This document shows positions 8,905 to 19,205 of a DNA stretch of 37,281 nucleotides, one piece after another. The position numbers and the translations under genes were made by a program. Source of the DNA: Nitrospinota bacterium. GTDB taxonomy: Bacteria; UBA8248. The notes beneath the pieces are model-generated. The model searched no databases, was not told the origin of the DNA, and worked only from the letters and a program-made list of their open reading frames with translations. Position 1 is the stretch's first letter; every line of letters starts with the position of its first letter. The stretch is taken from NCBI GenBank assembly GCA_036231405.1, contig JAZAHK010000038.1, positions 1-37,281 of the forward strand. Reading direction: 5' to 3'.

Positions 8905-10205
8905 TGAGAATTTGTGTAGTAGGTCTTGGAAAAGTTGGTTTGCCGCTTGCTGTTCAGGCTGCGAGTTTCGGCCATGATGTTATTGGAGTGGACATTTCAG
9001 AGTCAGTCGTAGATCTCGTGAATAGAGGTAAGGAAACATTTTCAGGTGAGACTGATTTACAAGAAAAATTAGAAGATGTTATTCGTAAGAAATACTTAAA
9101 AGCTTCGACGGATACTGGCCAATCGGTAAGTAATAGTGAGGTAGTAATAGTTATAGTTCCGTTGTTGAGTAATGAATTTGGAATTCCGGATTTTTCAAAT
9201 TTAGATGAAGCAACAAAGACGATTGGGAAAAATCTAACCCCCGGAACACTAGTATGTTTTGAAACTACAGTTCCAGTTCATACTACGCGACAGAGACTGG
9301 CTCCAATATTGGCAGAAGAGTCTGGTTTAGGTATTGGTAGCGAAATTTTCGTTGCTTTTTCTCCCGAAAGAGTTTCTTCGGGTAGTGTTTTTTTCGATTT
9401 TACGAGGTATCCGAAGTTAGTCGCTGGAATTGATGAAGCGAGTCTCAGGAAAGCGACTGCTTTTTATGAAAGCATTTTGCTTTTTGACGAGCGTCAAGAT
9501 TTGGAAAAACCTAATGGAGTTTGGGCGCTTAGCTCATTAGAATCTGCAGAGTTTTCAAAACTTGTTGAAACTAATTACCGCGGTGTAAATATTGCTTTGG
9601 CTAATGAGTTTGCAAGATTTGCCGAAAATAATTCGATAGATATTTTTGAGGTTATAGAAGCTGCTAATAGTCAGCCTTTTAGTCATATCCATATGCCGGG
9701 AATATCAGTTGGAGGTCACTGTATACCCGTTTATCAGGATTTTTATAATTTCAGTGATCCTACTGCTTCAATTACTTTGTCTGCTGTTGAGGTCAATGAG
9801 TCTATTTCAGGATATGCACTTGAGAAGATAGGTGAAAGGTATGGAACTTTGGATGGCAGCAAAGTCGTAATTTTAGGAGCCGCTTATAGAGAGGGGGTCA
9901 AAGAGGTTTCCAGATCAGGAGTTTTCTCTCTTGTTGAAAAACTTGAACAACTCGGAGCTACTCCACTTGTCCATGACCCTTTATTTGAAGATGAAGAATT
10001 AGAGGAATTGGGCTTCAAGCCTTATTCTTTTGGTCAACCATGCGATATAGCAATCATCCATACTGGACATGATCTGTATAGAAGTTTAACTCCTTCTGAT
10101 TTACCAGAACTGAAGCTTTTTTACGACGGACGTTGTATCACTACTGGTGATGTTTGGCGTGATATTACTTATATTAAATTTGGGATTTCTGATGGTTTAT
10201 TATAG
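8901..10205 (+). CDS. wbpA: UDP-N-acetylhexosamine 6-dehydrogenase (WbpA/WecC family)
   Basis: GLGKVGLP Rossmann motif, SPER, KLVETNYRGVNIALANE, catalytic GGHCIP. Confidence 0.87.
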   Translation: MMRICVVGLGKVGLPLAVQAASFGHDVIGVDISESVVDLVNRGKETFSGETDLQEKLEDVIRKKYLKASTDTGQSVSNSEVVIVIVPLLSNEFGIPDFSNLDEATKTIGKNLTPGTLVCFETTVPVHTTRQRLAPILAEESGLGIGSEIFVAFSPERVSSGSVFFDFTRYPKLVAGIDEASLRKATAFYESILLFDERQDLEKPNGVWALSSLESAEFSKLVETNYRGVNIALANEFARFAENNSIDIFEVIEAANSQPFSHIHMPGISVGGHCIPVYQDFYNFSDPTASITLSAVEVNESISGYALEKIGERYGTLDGSKVVILGAAYREGVKEVSRSGVFSLVEKLEQLGATPLVHDPLFEDEELEELGFKPYSFGQPCDIAIIHTGHDLYRSLTPSDLPELKLFYDGRCITTGDVWRDITYIKFGISDGLL

Positions 10206-10282
10206 TAATACAAATTTTCGGTAAAGCCAATCGAAGGTTCTACTCAGGTCTAGAGTTAGAAAGAAGCCCCAAGGGAAATCTT

Positions 10283-11257
10283 ATGGAATTAAAAGATAAA
10301 AAAGTTGTCCTATTAGGAGGAGCAGGACTTATAGGCTCACACACCCTTGATTGTCTTCTTGATACCGATGTAGGGGAAATAGTAGTTTTTGACAATTTTG
10401 CAAGAGGTAGTAAAAAAAATATAGAAAATTCCTTGAAGGATAACCGCGTTAATTTGTTTGAAGCAGGTGGAGACATTTTACAAAAAGATGTCCTTATGGA
10501 TGTCTTGGACGGGGCAGATGGAGTTTTCCATTTTGCAGCACTGTGGCTTTTACAATGCCATGAATATCCGCGTTCTGCTTTTGACGTCAATGTCAAAGGA
10601 ACCTTTAATGTTATGGAGGCCTGCATTGAAAAAAAAGTACAGCGTCTTGTTTTTTCCTCATCTGCTTCCGTTTATGGAGATGCCATCTCTGAACCCATGA
10701 AAGAAGACCACCCTTTCAACAATAAGAATTTTTATGGAGCAACTAAAATTGCAGGAGAGGCGATGTTGCACGCATTCCATCATCGTTATGGTTTGGACTT
10801 CGTCGGTTTGCGTTACATGAATGTTTATGGGCCTCGTCAGGACTACAAAGGTGCTTACATAATAGTGATTATGAAAATGTTAGATGCTATAGACCGAGGT
10901 GAATCGCCAGTTATTTTTGGTGATGGCAGTGAGGCTTTTGATTTTATTTATGTAAGAGATTGTGGTGAAGCCAATGTTTGTGCAATGACTTCAACTGCCA
11001 CTGATAATTTTTATAATGTAGGCACTGGAAAGCAAACGACTTTGAAAGAGTTAGCCGAAACTTTACTCAAATTGACTGGTTCTGAGATCCCTATTGTTTT
11101 TAAACCAAGAGAAGATCCTACTTTTGTAACCAGCCGTGTCGGTTGCTGTGAATTAGCAAAAAAAGACATTGCCTTTTCCTCCACTACGTCTCTTGAAGAA
11201 GGTTTGTCTGCGTTGATTTCATGGCGTAAAGATCAACTATTTCTGACTGAAGAATAA
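10283..11257 (+). CDS. NAD-dependent nucleotide-sugar epimerase/dehydratase (extended SDR)
   Basis: GGAGLIGSH, SSASVYG, YGATK (YxxxK), RYMNVYGPRQ. Confidence 0.9.
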   Translation: MELKDKKVVLLGGAGLIGSHTLDCLLDTDVGEIVVFDNFARGSKKNIENSLKDNRVNLFEAGGDILQKDVLMDVLDGADGVFHFAALWLLQCHEYPRSAFDVNVKGTFNVMEACIEKKVQRLVFSSSASVYGDAISEPMKEDHPFNNKNFYGATKIAGEAMLHAFHHRYGLDFVGLRYMNVYGPRQDYKGAYIIVIMKMLDAIDRGESPVIFGDGSEAFDFIYVRDCGEANVCAMTSTATDNFYNVGTGKQTTLKELAETLLKLTGSEIPIVFKPREDPTFVTSRVGCCELAKKDIAFSSTTSLEEGLSALISWRKDQLFLTEE

Positions 11258-11277
11258 GCTTCGCGAAACTGGTAAAT

Positions 11278-13158
11278 ATGTGTGGAATTACCGGACTAAT
11301 AAAGCTAGATGGATCTAATGTAGATCCCGTTGTATTACAGAATATGACGAACTCTCTTACCCACCGGGGGCCAGATGGTGAAGGGCAGTGGATTAAAGGA
11401 AATGTTGCTTTCGGCCATCGCAGATTAGCGATTATGGATCTTTCAGAAGCTGCTGAACAACCGATGTGTAGTTTTGACAATAATTATGTATTGACCTACA
11501 ACGGCGAGATCTACAACTTTGTCGAATTAAGAAAGGAATTAGAAATACTCGGTTACAGATTCAAGTCTAATGGTGATACAGAAGTGCTCTTGAATTCTTT
11601 AATCGAATGGGGTCCTTCGGCAGTCAAGAGATTTAACGGAATGTTTGCTTTTGCTTTTTGGAATGAGAAAGAAAAAGAACTTTTATTGGGCCGAGATCGT
11701 TATGGCATCAAACCTCTATATATTTCGAATGTCGCTTCGTCTCTTGTCTTTGGATCGGAACAAAGATCGATTCATTCTTCCGGAATAATCCAAAAGAATT
11801 TGAATATGGGTGCCGTATATGAATACTTTACTTTTCAGAATATTTTCTCCACTGAGACTTTTGTTGAGGGAATAGAAATTTTTCCAGCTGGACACGTAGC
11901 GTTACTTGATTTAAAAAAGGTTTCCCCTACTTTACACTATGAGAAATATTGGGATTTTAATTTTCAGGACTCTGAGACGGAAGTTGATTATCCTGAGTAC
12001 ACCGAGGAGTTAAATCGATTATTTAGATTAGCAGTAGAACGACAGCTGGTTTCAGATGTAGAGGTGGGAAGTTATCTGAGCGGAGGTATAGATTCTGGTT
12101 CAATTGTTAGTGTAGCTTCGCGTGAAATTCCTGGTTTAAAAACTTTTACTTGTGGTTTTGATTTGAATTCTGTATCTGGAATTGAACTAGCTTTTGATGA
12201 ACGAGAGAAAGCTAGAAAGTTATCTGAGGAATTTAATACTGTTCATTTTGAAAGAATTTTACAGGCTGGAGATATGGAAAAAGTGATGCCTCAGCTGATT
12301 AAACACCTTGAAGAGTTAAGGGTGGGTCAGAGTTTTCCTAATTATTATGCTGCGGGTTTAGCTAGAGAACAGGTAAAAGTTGTTTTAGGAGGCACGGGAG
12401 GTGATGAGTTATTCGGAGGTTATCCATGGAGGTATTATAGTTCTCCAGAGCAAAAGAGTTTTGACTCATTTGCTAATTCTTATTTTGAGCGTTGGCAAAG
12501 ACTGGCTGATCCAGAAGAAATATCCGACCTGTTTTCACCTAGTATGAACGATTTATGTGATGTATCCATGCAACGAGTTTTTAACAATGTTTTATTAGGG
12601 GTAGATAATTCTTTTTCGAGAAGTGAGGATTATGTGAATGCTTGTTTTTATTTCGAGTCTAAAACATTTTTGCATGGTTTATTAATGGTCGAAGACAAAG
12701 TGTCTATGGCGCATAGTCTAGAATCTCGTGTGCCTTTTCTGGATAATGATCTAGTAGATTTCGCTATGCAATGCCCTGCCAAGTTGAAAATTGGAAACTT
12801 AGATGAATCTTTTTCTGTAGACGAAAATATTATTTTTGGTAAGAATAATAGAGCTTTTCAAAAGACAAGTGCAGGAAAAAAAATTCTACGTAATGCAATG
12901 GAGGAAATTTTACCGAAAGGTTTTGCAGATGCTCATAAACAAGGATTTTCAGCTCCTGATGCAAGTTGGTTCAGAGGCGAGAGTGTCGAATATCTAAGCA
13001 GCGTTTTGTTAGATGAGAAAGCAGCAATCTATGACCTGTTAGATTATAAAACTGCGAAAAGATTTATTGATCAGCATGTTATGGGAAAGAAAAATAGGAG
13101 ACTTTTAATTTGGTCTCTTTTAAGCTTTGAACAATGGTTGCAAAATGAGATGCTTTAA
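11278..13158 (+). CDS. asnB: Asparagine synthase-family glutamine amidotransferase (probably a sugar uronamide synthase, WbpS-like)
   Basis: N-terminal MCGI nucleophile, HRGPD, HRRLAI.DLS, YNGEIYN, LSGGIDS, GGDELFGGY, ESRVPFLD. Confidence 0.93.
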   Translation: MCGITGLIKLDGSNVDPVVLQNMTNSLTHRGPDGEGQWIKGNVAFGHRRLAIMDLSEAAEQPMCSFDNNYVLTYNGEIYNFVELRKELEILGYRFKSNGDTEVLLNSLIEWGPSAVKRFNGMFAFAFWNEKEKELLLGRDRYGIKPLYISNVASSLVFGSEQRSIHSSGIIQKNLNMGAVYEYFTFQNIFSTETFVEGIEIFPAGHVALLDLKKVSPTLHYEKYWDFNFQDSETEVDYPEYTEELNRLFRLAVERQLVSDVEVGSYLSGGIDSGSIVSVASREIPGLKTFTCGFDLNSVSGIELAFDEREKARKLSEEFNTVHFERILQAGDMEKVMPQLIKHLEELRVGQSFPNYYAAGLAREQVKVVLGGTGGDELFGGYPWRYYSSPEQKSFDSFANSYFERWQRLADPEEISDLFSPSMNDLCDVSMQRVFNNVLLGVDNSFSRSEDYVNACFYFESKTFLHGLLMVEDKVSMAHSLESRVPFLDNDLVDFAMQCPAKLKIGNLDESFSVDENIIFGKNNRAFQKTSAGKKILRNAMEEILPKGFADAHKQGFSAPDASWFRGESVEYLSSVLLDEKAAIYDLLDYKTAKRFIDQHVMGKKNRRLLIWSLLSFEQWLQNEML

Positions 13159-13184
13159 AAAGTTTTGTTGATGAAAGTCTTAAG

Positions 13185-14051
13185 TTGAAGAAATTATTAG
13201 TGATAGGCGGGACAGGGTTTCTTGGCTCAGAATTGGTTGGTTCTGTTTGTACAGAATTTGAAACCCATATTGTTTCAAGAAAAACTAAGAACTTTACGGA
13301 GGGTTCAATTGTTCATCATCCAACAGATCTTGGAAAGTTTTGGAGTATTAGTTCCTTGCCTGAAAGAATCGACACCGTTGTTTATCTAGCCCAAGCCGAT
13401 ACGACTTTAAAATTTCCTGAAGATAGTCAGGAAATTTTTTCTATTAATACATTCTCTGTACTTTCTGCACTCGAATACGCTAGAAAAGCAGGAGCAAAGA
13501 CATTTGTTTTTGCCTCAACTGGTGGTCTCTACGCCCCATCATCGGAACCCCACTTAGAGACTGATCCTTTGTTAGTTAATGGACAGAAAGATTATTACTT
13601 ATCGACAAAACTTTGCGCCGAGTTAACGGCAGAGTCCTATTCAGATTATTTGAATGTAGTAATTTTGAGGCTGTTTTTCCCGTACGGTAATAACCAGCAG
13701 ACAAACAGGCTTATTCCAAGATTAGTTCAAAAAATAAAAAGTAGAAAAGAGATCTTCTTAAATAGTAAAGAAGGTATAAGAATAAACCCGATCCATTTCT
13801 CTGATGCGATTAGAGCTCTGCGAAACTCTTTTGAATTGGAAGGGTTTGAAAAACTAAATATTGCAGGTCCAGAGATACTTTCTTTAAGAGAAATCTCAAA
13901 TGTGATTTCAAATCAATTAGGAATTGAACCTATTTATAAAATTGAAGAAACCGATGACAAATATAATTTGATAGGTGACATTTCAAAGATGACTGAATTA
14001 ATACACAAACCTGAATATAAATTCTCTTTGGGTGTAAGAGATTTTATATGA
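13185..14051 (+). CDS. NAD-dependent epimerase/dehydratase/reductase (extended SDR)
   Basis: GGTGFLG, ASTGG.Y, YLSTK (YxxxK), LRLFFPYG; TTG start. Confidence 0.87.
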   Translation: MKKLLVIGGTGFLGSELVGSVCTEFETHIVSRKTKNFTEGSIVHHPTDLGKFWSISSLPERIDTVVYLAQADTTLKFPEDSQEIFSINTFSVLSALEYARKAGAKTFVFASTGGLYAPSSEPHLETDPLLVNGQKDYYLSTKLCAELTAESYSDYLNVVILRLFFPYGNNQQTNRLIPRLVQKIKSRKEIFLNSKEGIRINPIHFSDAIRALRNSFELEGFEKLNIAGPEILSLREISNVISNQLGIEPIYKIEETDDKYNLIGDISKMTELIHKPEYKFSLGVRDFI

Positions 14052-15304
14052 TTAATAAAAAAGATGGTAATTATCTTTTAGTTTTCGATTCTGCTTACAA
14101 TTCTGTTTTGCTGAGAGATAGGAATCTTGAAGTATTCGTCACTTCGAAAGACCTGGATGGTTATTTTGATCATGTTTGGACAGTAAATCCTTTTGCTGAT
14201 GTACAACTTGATAAATCAGATAAGACTCGATTTGGAAAGAACAGATACGTAAAATTGAGCGAACGACACACGATGCTCGAATGCCGCATGGGGCTCCACA
14301 AACTATTTAGATTTTTACCACCATTGAATTTTCTTCTTGCTCAGATGAACTTACTTTTATCTGTTTATAGATTAATGCGACGTTATGACATCAAGTTTGT
14401 TCGTGCCGAAGACCCTCTCATAAATGGTTTTTATGCAGCTTTATTTTCGAAGTTGTTTAGATTGCCATTATTGATTGGAGTGTGGGGGAACCCTGCTGAA
14501 ATTAGAAAACAGACAAAAAAACCTTTGATGCCAAGGGTGTTCCCTTTTTGTTGGACTGAAGAGATTTGGGAGAGGATAATACTGAAATTTGCGAAAGTAG
14601 TTATGGTTCAGAATTACGATAATCAGAAATTTGTTTCGCAAAAGGGCATCCCTGAAAACCGCATAGTTCAATTTACTCTAGACAATGCAGTCCACGAGAA
14701 TCATTTTATAGAGCCCTTAGAGCGGCCTTCTGCTAAAACAGATCTTGAGGAGTGTGGTATTACTTCTGAAAAAATTGTTCTATGTTTAAGTCGATTAGTT
14801 GCCTCTAAAAGAGTTGATCAAGCTGTTCTGACTATTTCAGAAGAGTCTCTCAGGGATTTTGATTTAAGACTTTTGCTGGTGGGAGATGGAAGCGATAAGG
14901 AAGAACTAAAAGATTTAGCTATTAGTTTAGGAGTCGAAAAAAAAGTAATTTTTGCAGGAAACAAAAACCAGAAATGGATAGCACGAGTTATCCCAGAAGT
15001 GGATGCAGTTTTGGCTCCATTAACAGGTCGAGCATTATTAGAAGTAGCTTTAGGGGCTGCTCCGGTAGTTGCGTATGACGTTGACTGGCACAGTGATTTA
15101 ATTGAAACAGGAGAAAGTGGAGAGCTAGTTGAAGATCTGGATCATGTAGCGATGGCGCATTCTTTGAAATTGATATTAGAAAATAAAGAGTATAGTCAAA
15201 AAATAGGTAGAGAACTTCGAAATAGAGCGTTATCTTTTGCGAATCTAAAGACGACTCAAGAGAATCAGATAGATGTGTATGAGTCGTTGTTCAAGAGTAT
15301 TTGA
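14048..15304 (+). CDS. Glycosyltransferase family 4
   Basis: LSRL..SK, VGDG..KEEL, GRALLEVALGAAPVVAYD, LIETGESG: C-terminal GT-B domain. Confidence 0.85.
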   Translation: MINKKDGNYLLVFDSAYNSVLLRDRNLEVFVTSKDLDGYFDHVWTVNPFADVQLDKSDKTRFGKNRYVKLSERHTMLECRMGLHKLFRFLPPLNFLLAQMNLLLSVYRLMRRYDIKFVRAEDPLINGFYAALFSKLFRLPLLIGVWGNPAEIRKQTKKPLMPRVFPFCWTEEIWERIILKFAKVVMVQNYDNQKFVSQKGIPENRIVQFTLDNAVHENHFIEPLERPSAKTDLEECGITSEKIVLCLSRLVASKRVDQAVLTISEESLRDFDLRLLLVGDGSDKEELKDLAISLGVEKKVIFAGNKNQKWIARVIPEVDAVLAPLTGRALLEVALGAAPVVAYDVDWHSDLIETGESGELVEDLDHVAMAHSLKLILENKEYSQKIGRELRNRALSFANLKTTQENQIDVYESLFKSI

Positions 15305-15325
15305 ATTAGAATTTATTGTTTCAAG

Positions 15326-16249
15326 TTGGCCCCAGTGGGTGATTTCATCTTGTACCATGCTCTGGTGAATAACTTTCCCTTCATTGAGCCAGATTCTAAA
15401 ATTGAGATTAATTCAAGTACAGGAGATGTTGTTTTTGGAGGCTCAACATTCAGAACTTTAAGACTTTCGAAGAACAACTATGATCAGGGTTGGCTTGAAA
15501 GGCAAGAGTTAAGTCTTAAAGATTATGAAATGACTCAAGTCGAATCGGATCTAGACGAGCTCACTGACTCTACCTACACTTTATTTGCTAATTTTCTTGT
15601 AATTACAATTTTTTTAAACGACTGTGACACAGTTAATTTGTTAGACGTCGGCTGCGGCATTAGGGAGGGTTTGCCTCCGTATGTTGATGATGTGTCTAAA
15701 ATGATAAATTATTTCGGACTTGATCCGCTGGAGATAAATTTTGAAAGAGATTATCCATTTTTTTGTGGAGATCTAGCAAATCTGGCGGAAATCAAATCCC
15801 TTCATAACTCTTTTGACGTGATAGTTTTTGCTACTTCTTTGGACCACATAAATGACTTAGATGAAGCGGTAAAAGCCGTAAATCTCCTTGCAGCACCAGG
15901 TGGATTATTGGTTTCTTGGTCAGGCATCCATAATCCAGAAATTACATCGGAACACAATGGAGTGTTAGTTTTTAACGAGTTAATGAAATCAGATCCTGTA
16001 TCTGCAATTTTAAAGTGGTTTGGTTATTTTATTCTCAGGTTCCCAAGATTGATTTTCAGGTCTTTCATGACACGCAGGAAAATAAAAAGAGGAATACCTT
16101 TAGATCCGGCTCATGAGCATTATTTTACTGAAGAGAGCTTACGAGAGACGATGGGTTTTTTTGGTGAAGTTGTTTCTTCGGTCCGTGTGCCGGGTTCTAA
16201 TTCCGTTTTTGACAGAGTTTTAATAGGGAAAAAAGTAAGTAGAAATTAG
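15326..16249 (+). CDS. Class I SAM-dependent methyltransferase
   Basis: LLDVGCG motif I, GLDP, SFDVIVFATSLDH, L.PGG; start codon uncertain. Confidence 0.8.
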   Translation: MAPVGDFILYHALVNNFPFIEPDSKIEINSSTGDVVFGGSTFRTLRLSKNNYDQGWLERQELSLKDYEMTQVESDLDELTDSTYTLFANFLVITIFLNDCDTVNLLDVGCGIREGLPPYVDDVSKMINYFGLDPLEINFERDYPFFCGDLANLAEIKSLHNSFDVIVFATSLDHINDLDEAVKAVNLLAAPGGLLVSWSGIHNPEITSEHNGVLVFNELMKSDPVSAILKWFGYFILRFPRLIFRSFMTRRKIKRGIPLDPAHEHYFTEESLRETMGFFGEVVSSVRVPGSNSVFDRVLIGKKVSRN

Positions 16250-16261
16250 TAAAGTAATTCA

Positions 16262-17251
16262 ATGACGCTTGCAAATCCCCTCGTGAGTATAGGAGTGCCA
16301 GTTTTCAATTCGATTGACAATATCGAAAGGGTTTTGAGTTGCATAGAAAATCAGACTTATTCGAATTTGGAAATTGTTATTTCTGACAATGCGTCTATAG
16401 ATGGCACTTCTGAAATCTGTCAGAGATTCTCTAAGACTGATGATAGGTGTACTTATTTTCGATTTGATAAAAATGTAGGTGCACCGAAGAATTTTAATGC
16501 CACTTATTTAAATTCTAAAGGAAAGTTTTTTTTGTGGTTAGCTTCGGACGATGAAATAAATGCTTCATTTATAGAGTCTGGAGTGAGATATTTAACTGAT
16601 AACCCAGAAGTTATTCTTGCTGCTCCTGAAACTGAAATGGTTTTGAGGTCATCTGAAACTTTGGTTTGTTCGTACGCAGGCAGTTCTCTCGGTAGCGACT
16701 CAAAAGGGCTCCGCAGGTTTTCAGAATCGTATAAGAATCTTCCTATGATTTGGATGTATGGATTATTCAGGTCAGAATTATTATCAAAAACTTCATTATT
16801 GAAACCCATCATTGGTTCTGACGTCGCATTCATGCAGGAAGTGGCTTTACTCGGATCGGTCGAGACCAATTCTGGACAGCAACTTAAGTATTATATGCGC
16901 GATGCTTGGAACTCACCTGAAGAAGATCGAAGAGCTTTCGGGGGAGATGATCGTATCAAGTGGGCCCGTTTTCCTGGAATGGGTTTACTATTTGAAAGAA
17001 TCCGCAGGATTACCAATTTGAAGATTAATCCATTCAGAAAATTTTTATTTTTCCTCTTGTTATTATCGCTTGAGGGTAGGAGAGTTACTTTTAAATTTTT
17101 TATATATACAGGCAAGTTTTTTTTGAAAACTCCTCAAAAGAGAAGATTAGCTATATGGGGTTATTGGAAAAGCTATGACCCCGCAGGGGTAGTAGTTCAT
17201 AATGAAAAAATTTTCCGTGAAAGAGTTATATTTCCGAAGTTTGATTTATAA
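16262..17251 (+). CDS. Glycosyltransferase family 2
   Basis: PLVSIGVPVFN, ISDNASIDGT, N.GAPKNFN, WLASDD. Confidence 0.9.
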   Translation: MTLANPLVSIGVPVFNSIDNIERVLSCIENQTYSNLEIVISDNASIDGTSEICQRFSKTDDRCTYFRFDKNVGAPKNFNATYLNSKGKFFLWLASDDEINASFIESGVRYLTDNPEVILAAPETEMVLRSSETLVCSYAGSSLGSDSKGLRRFSESYKNLPMIWMYGLFRSELLSKTSLLKPIIGSDVAFMQEVALLGSVETNSGQQLKYYMRDAWNSPEEDRRAFGGDDRIKWARFPGMGLLFERIRRITNLKINPFRKFLFFLLLLSLEGRRVTFKFFIYTGKFFLKTPQKRRLAIWGYWKSYDPAGVVVHNEKIFRERVIFPKFDL

Positions 17252-17341
17252 AAATTTTTAGCTATTAAACGAAAGTATTTATTTTTACATCTTATTTAAT
17301 TTGTAGAGTTAATGTATTAATAGATAAGGCATTGTGAGTTT

Positions 17342-18115
17342 ATGAAAGTAGTAATTCTTGCTGGCGGTTTAGGTACCAGAATTTCTGAAGAAACTGATCG
17401 TCTGCCAAAACCCATGGTTGAAATTGGGGGTAGACCAATTCTCTGGCACATAATGAAAACTTATGCCCATTATGGGTTTAGGGAATTTATAATCTGTTGT
17501 GGCTACAAGGGCTATCTAATAAAGGAATATTTCAATAACTATTATCTTCATAACTCTGATGTGACTTTTGAGGTGTCTTCTAATGAGGTGAAGATTAATA
17601 AAGATTCATCTGAAGATAATTGGAACGTCACTCTTGTAGATACAGGTGAAAATACCATGACGGGTGGACGTATAAAGAGAGTCTCTGAATATTTAGATAA
17701 AGATCAAGCTTTTTGTTTTACATATGGTGATGGTTTAGCAGATATTGATATAGGGGCAGAGGTAAAATTTCATAAAAAGCATGGTCGTCAGGCAACGGTA
17801 GCCGCAGTTCGACCTCCAGCAAGATTTGGCGCTTTAGAGATAGATGGAGATCAAGTAAAGGGATTTGTAGAGAAACCAATTGGCGATAGAGGGTTTGTTA
17901 ATGGAGGTTTTTTTATAATTGAACCTCAGTGTTTAGATTATATAGAAGGAGATTTTATTTCATGGGAGGAAGAACCGGTTAGAAAATTGGTTGAGCTGGA
18001 CGAATTAACGGGATACAGGCACGAAGGTTTCTGGCAACCCATGGATACTATTAGAGACAGGAATTATTTACAAAATTTGTGGGATTCAGGTGCACCTCCC
18101 TGGCGAGTTTGGTAG
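17342..18115 (+). CDS. rfbF: Glucose-1-phosphate cytidylyltransferase
   Basis: ILAGGLGTRISEET..PKPMVEIGG.PILWHIMK, VDTG..TMTGGRIKR, TYGDG, FWQPMDT.RD, PW.VW end. Confidence 0.96.
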   Translation: MKVVILAGGLGTRISEETDRLPKPMVEIGGRPILWHIMKTYAHYGFREFIICCGYKGYLIKEYFNNYYLHNSDVTFEVSSNEVKINKDSSEDNWNVTLVDTGENTMTGGRIKRVSEYLDKDQAFCFTYGDGLADIDIGAEVKFHKKHGRQATVAAVRPPARFGALEIDGDQVKGFVEKPIGDRGFVNGGFFIIEPQCLDYIEGDFISWEEEPVRKLVELDELTGYRHEGFWQPMDTIRDRNYLQNLWDSGAPPWRVW

Positions 18116-18119
18116 AGAA

Positions 18120-19205
18120 GTGGACTCGTTAAGAGGTCAATCAGTTTTGGTAACTGGGCATACTGGTTTCAAGGGTGGTTGGCTTTCGCTTTTCCTGAAA
18201 CTCTTAGGGGCAGAAGTTCATGGTTATTCTCTAGATCCAGAAAAGGAAACAAATTTTTTTGATTTCGCAGGAGTAGCAAAAGTAATTGAAAGTGACACTA
18301 GGTCTGACATCAGAGACTTGGTTCAGCTTATTGCTACGATCAAAAAGTTTAAGCCGACGGTTATTTTTCATTTGGCCGCTCAACCTTTGGTTCTTGAAGG
18401 TTATATCAGACCGCGAGAAACTTGGGAAACTAATGTCATGGGAGCTGTAAATTTATTAGAGGCAGCCCGTTTTAGTGAATCGGTTAAGTCTGTTGTAGTG
18501 GTCACTACTGACAAGGTTTATGAACCTAGGGAAATGACACGAGAATTTGTTGAATCTGATCGTTTGGGTGGGCACGATCCTTATAGTGCCAGTAAGTCTT
18601 CGGTTGAAAATGTTGTAGAAAGTTATAGAAGAAGTTTTCCCTTTAATAAGTCTGATCAAGAATTAAGAATTGCCTCGGCTCGATCAGGTAATGTTATTGG
18701 TGGTGGTGACTGGTCTGAAAACAGATTGATTCCAGATTGCATTAAGTCAATAGTGGAAAATCTTCCGTTACTTTTAAGGAATCCTCAATCTGTTAGACCC
18801 TGGCAGCACGTTTTGGAACCTATTTTTGGATATTTGAATTTAGCTAATCATTTAAATAAAGATTTAGGTAAAGAATTTGCAAAAAGTTGGAATTTTGGTC
18901 CACCTAGCATTGAGCAATTTTCAGCTTTTGATGTTGCGAATTTATTTTTTGAAGAATGGGGAAGTGAAAAAAATATACAAGTATTAGATAACAAGGATTT
19001 ACCAGAAGAAGTCAATTATATAACGTTAGACAGCTCACGATCAGAAACAGAACTAGGATGGGAAAGAGTTTGGGACTTACGAAGCTCTTTGAGAGCAGTT
19101 GTAGATTGGCACAAATTTTTTCAAATTAATAAAGAAATGCACTCATTTTCTTTACAGCAAATTTCTGATTATTTGGATGGGAGTTCAAATGGAATTTCCA
19201 TTTGA
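18120..19205 (+). CDS. rfbG: CDP-glucose 4,6-dehydratase
   Basis: VTGHTGFKGGWL, HLAAQPLV, TTDKVY, DPYSASK, GNVIGGGDW, RPWQHVLEP. GTG at 18120, just after the rfbF stop, preferred over 18090. Confidence 0.95.
   Translation: MDSLRGQSVLVTGHTGFKGGWLSLFLKLLGAEVHGYSLDPEKETNFFDFAGVAKVIESDTRSDIRDLVQLIATIKKFKPTVIFHLAAQPLVLEGYIRPRETWETNVMGAVNLLEAARFSESVKSVVVVTTDKVYEPREMTREFVESDRLGGHDPYSASKSSVENVVESYRRSFPFNKSDQELRIASARSGNVIGGGDWSENRLIPDCIKSIVENLPLLLRNPQSVRPWQHVLEPIFGYLNLANHLNKDLGKEFAKSWNFGPPSIEQFSAFDVANLFFEEWGSEKNIQVLDNKDLPEEVNYITLDSSRSETELGWERVWDLRSSLRAVVDWHKFFQINKEMHSFSLQQISDYLDGSSNGISI

Noticed and set aside
11278-13158. Housekeeping asparagine biosynthesis
   Set aside because: The gene is embedded between sugar epimerases downstream of a uronic-acid pathway; glycan amidation is more plausible, though untested.
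17252-17341. Defined promoter or JUMPstart/ops element before rfbF
   Set aside because: The gap is very AT-rich and may hold a promoter, but I found no properly spaced -35/-10 pair and no GGCGGTAG ops motif.
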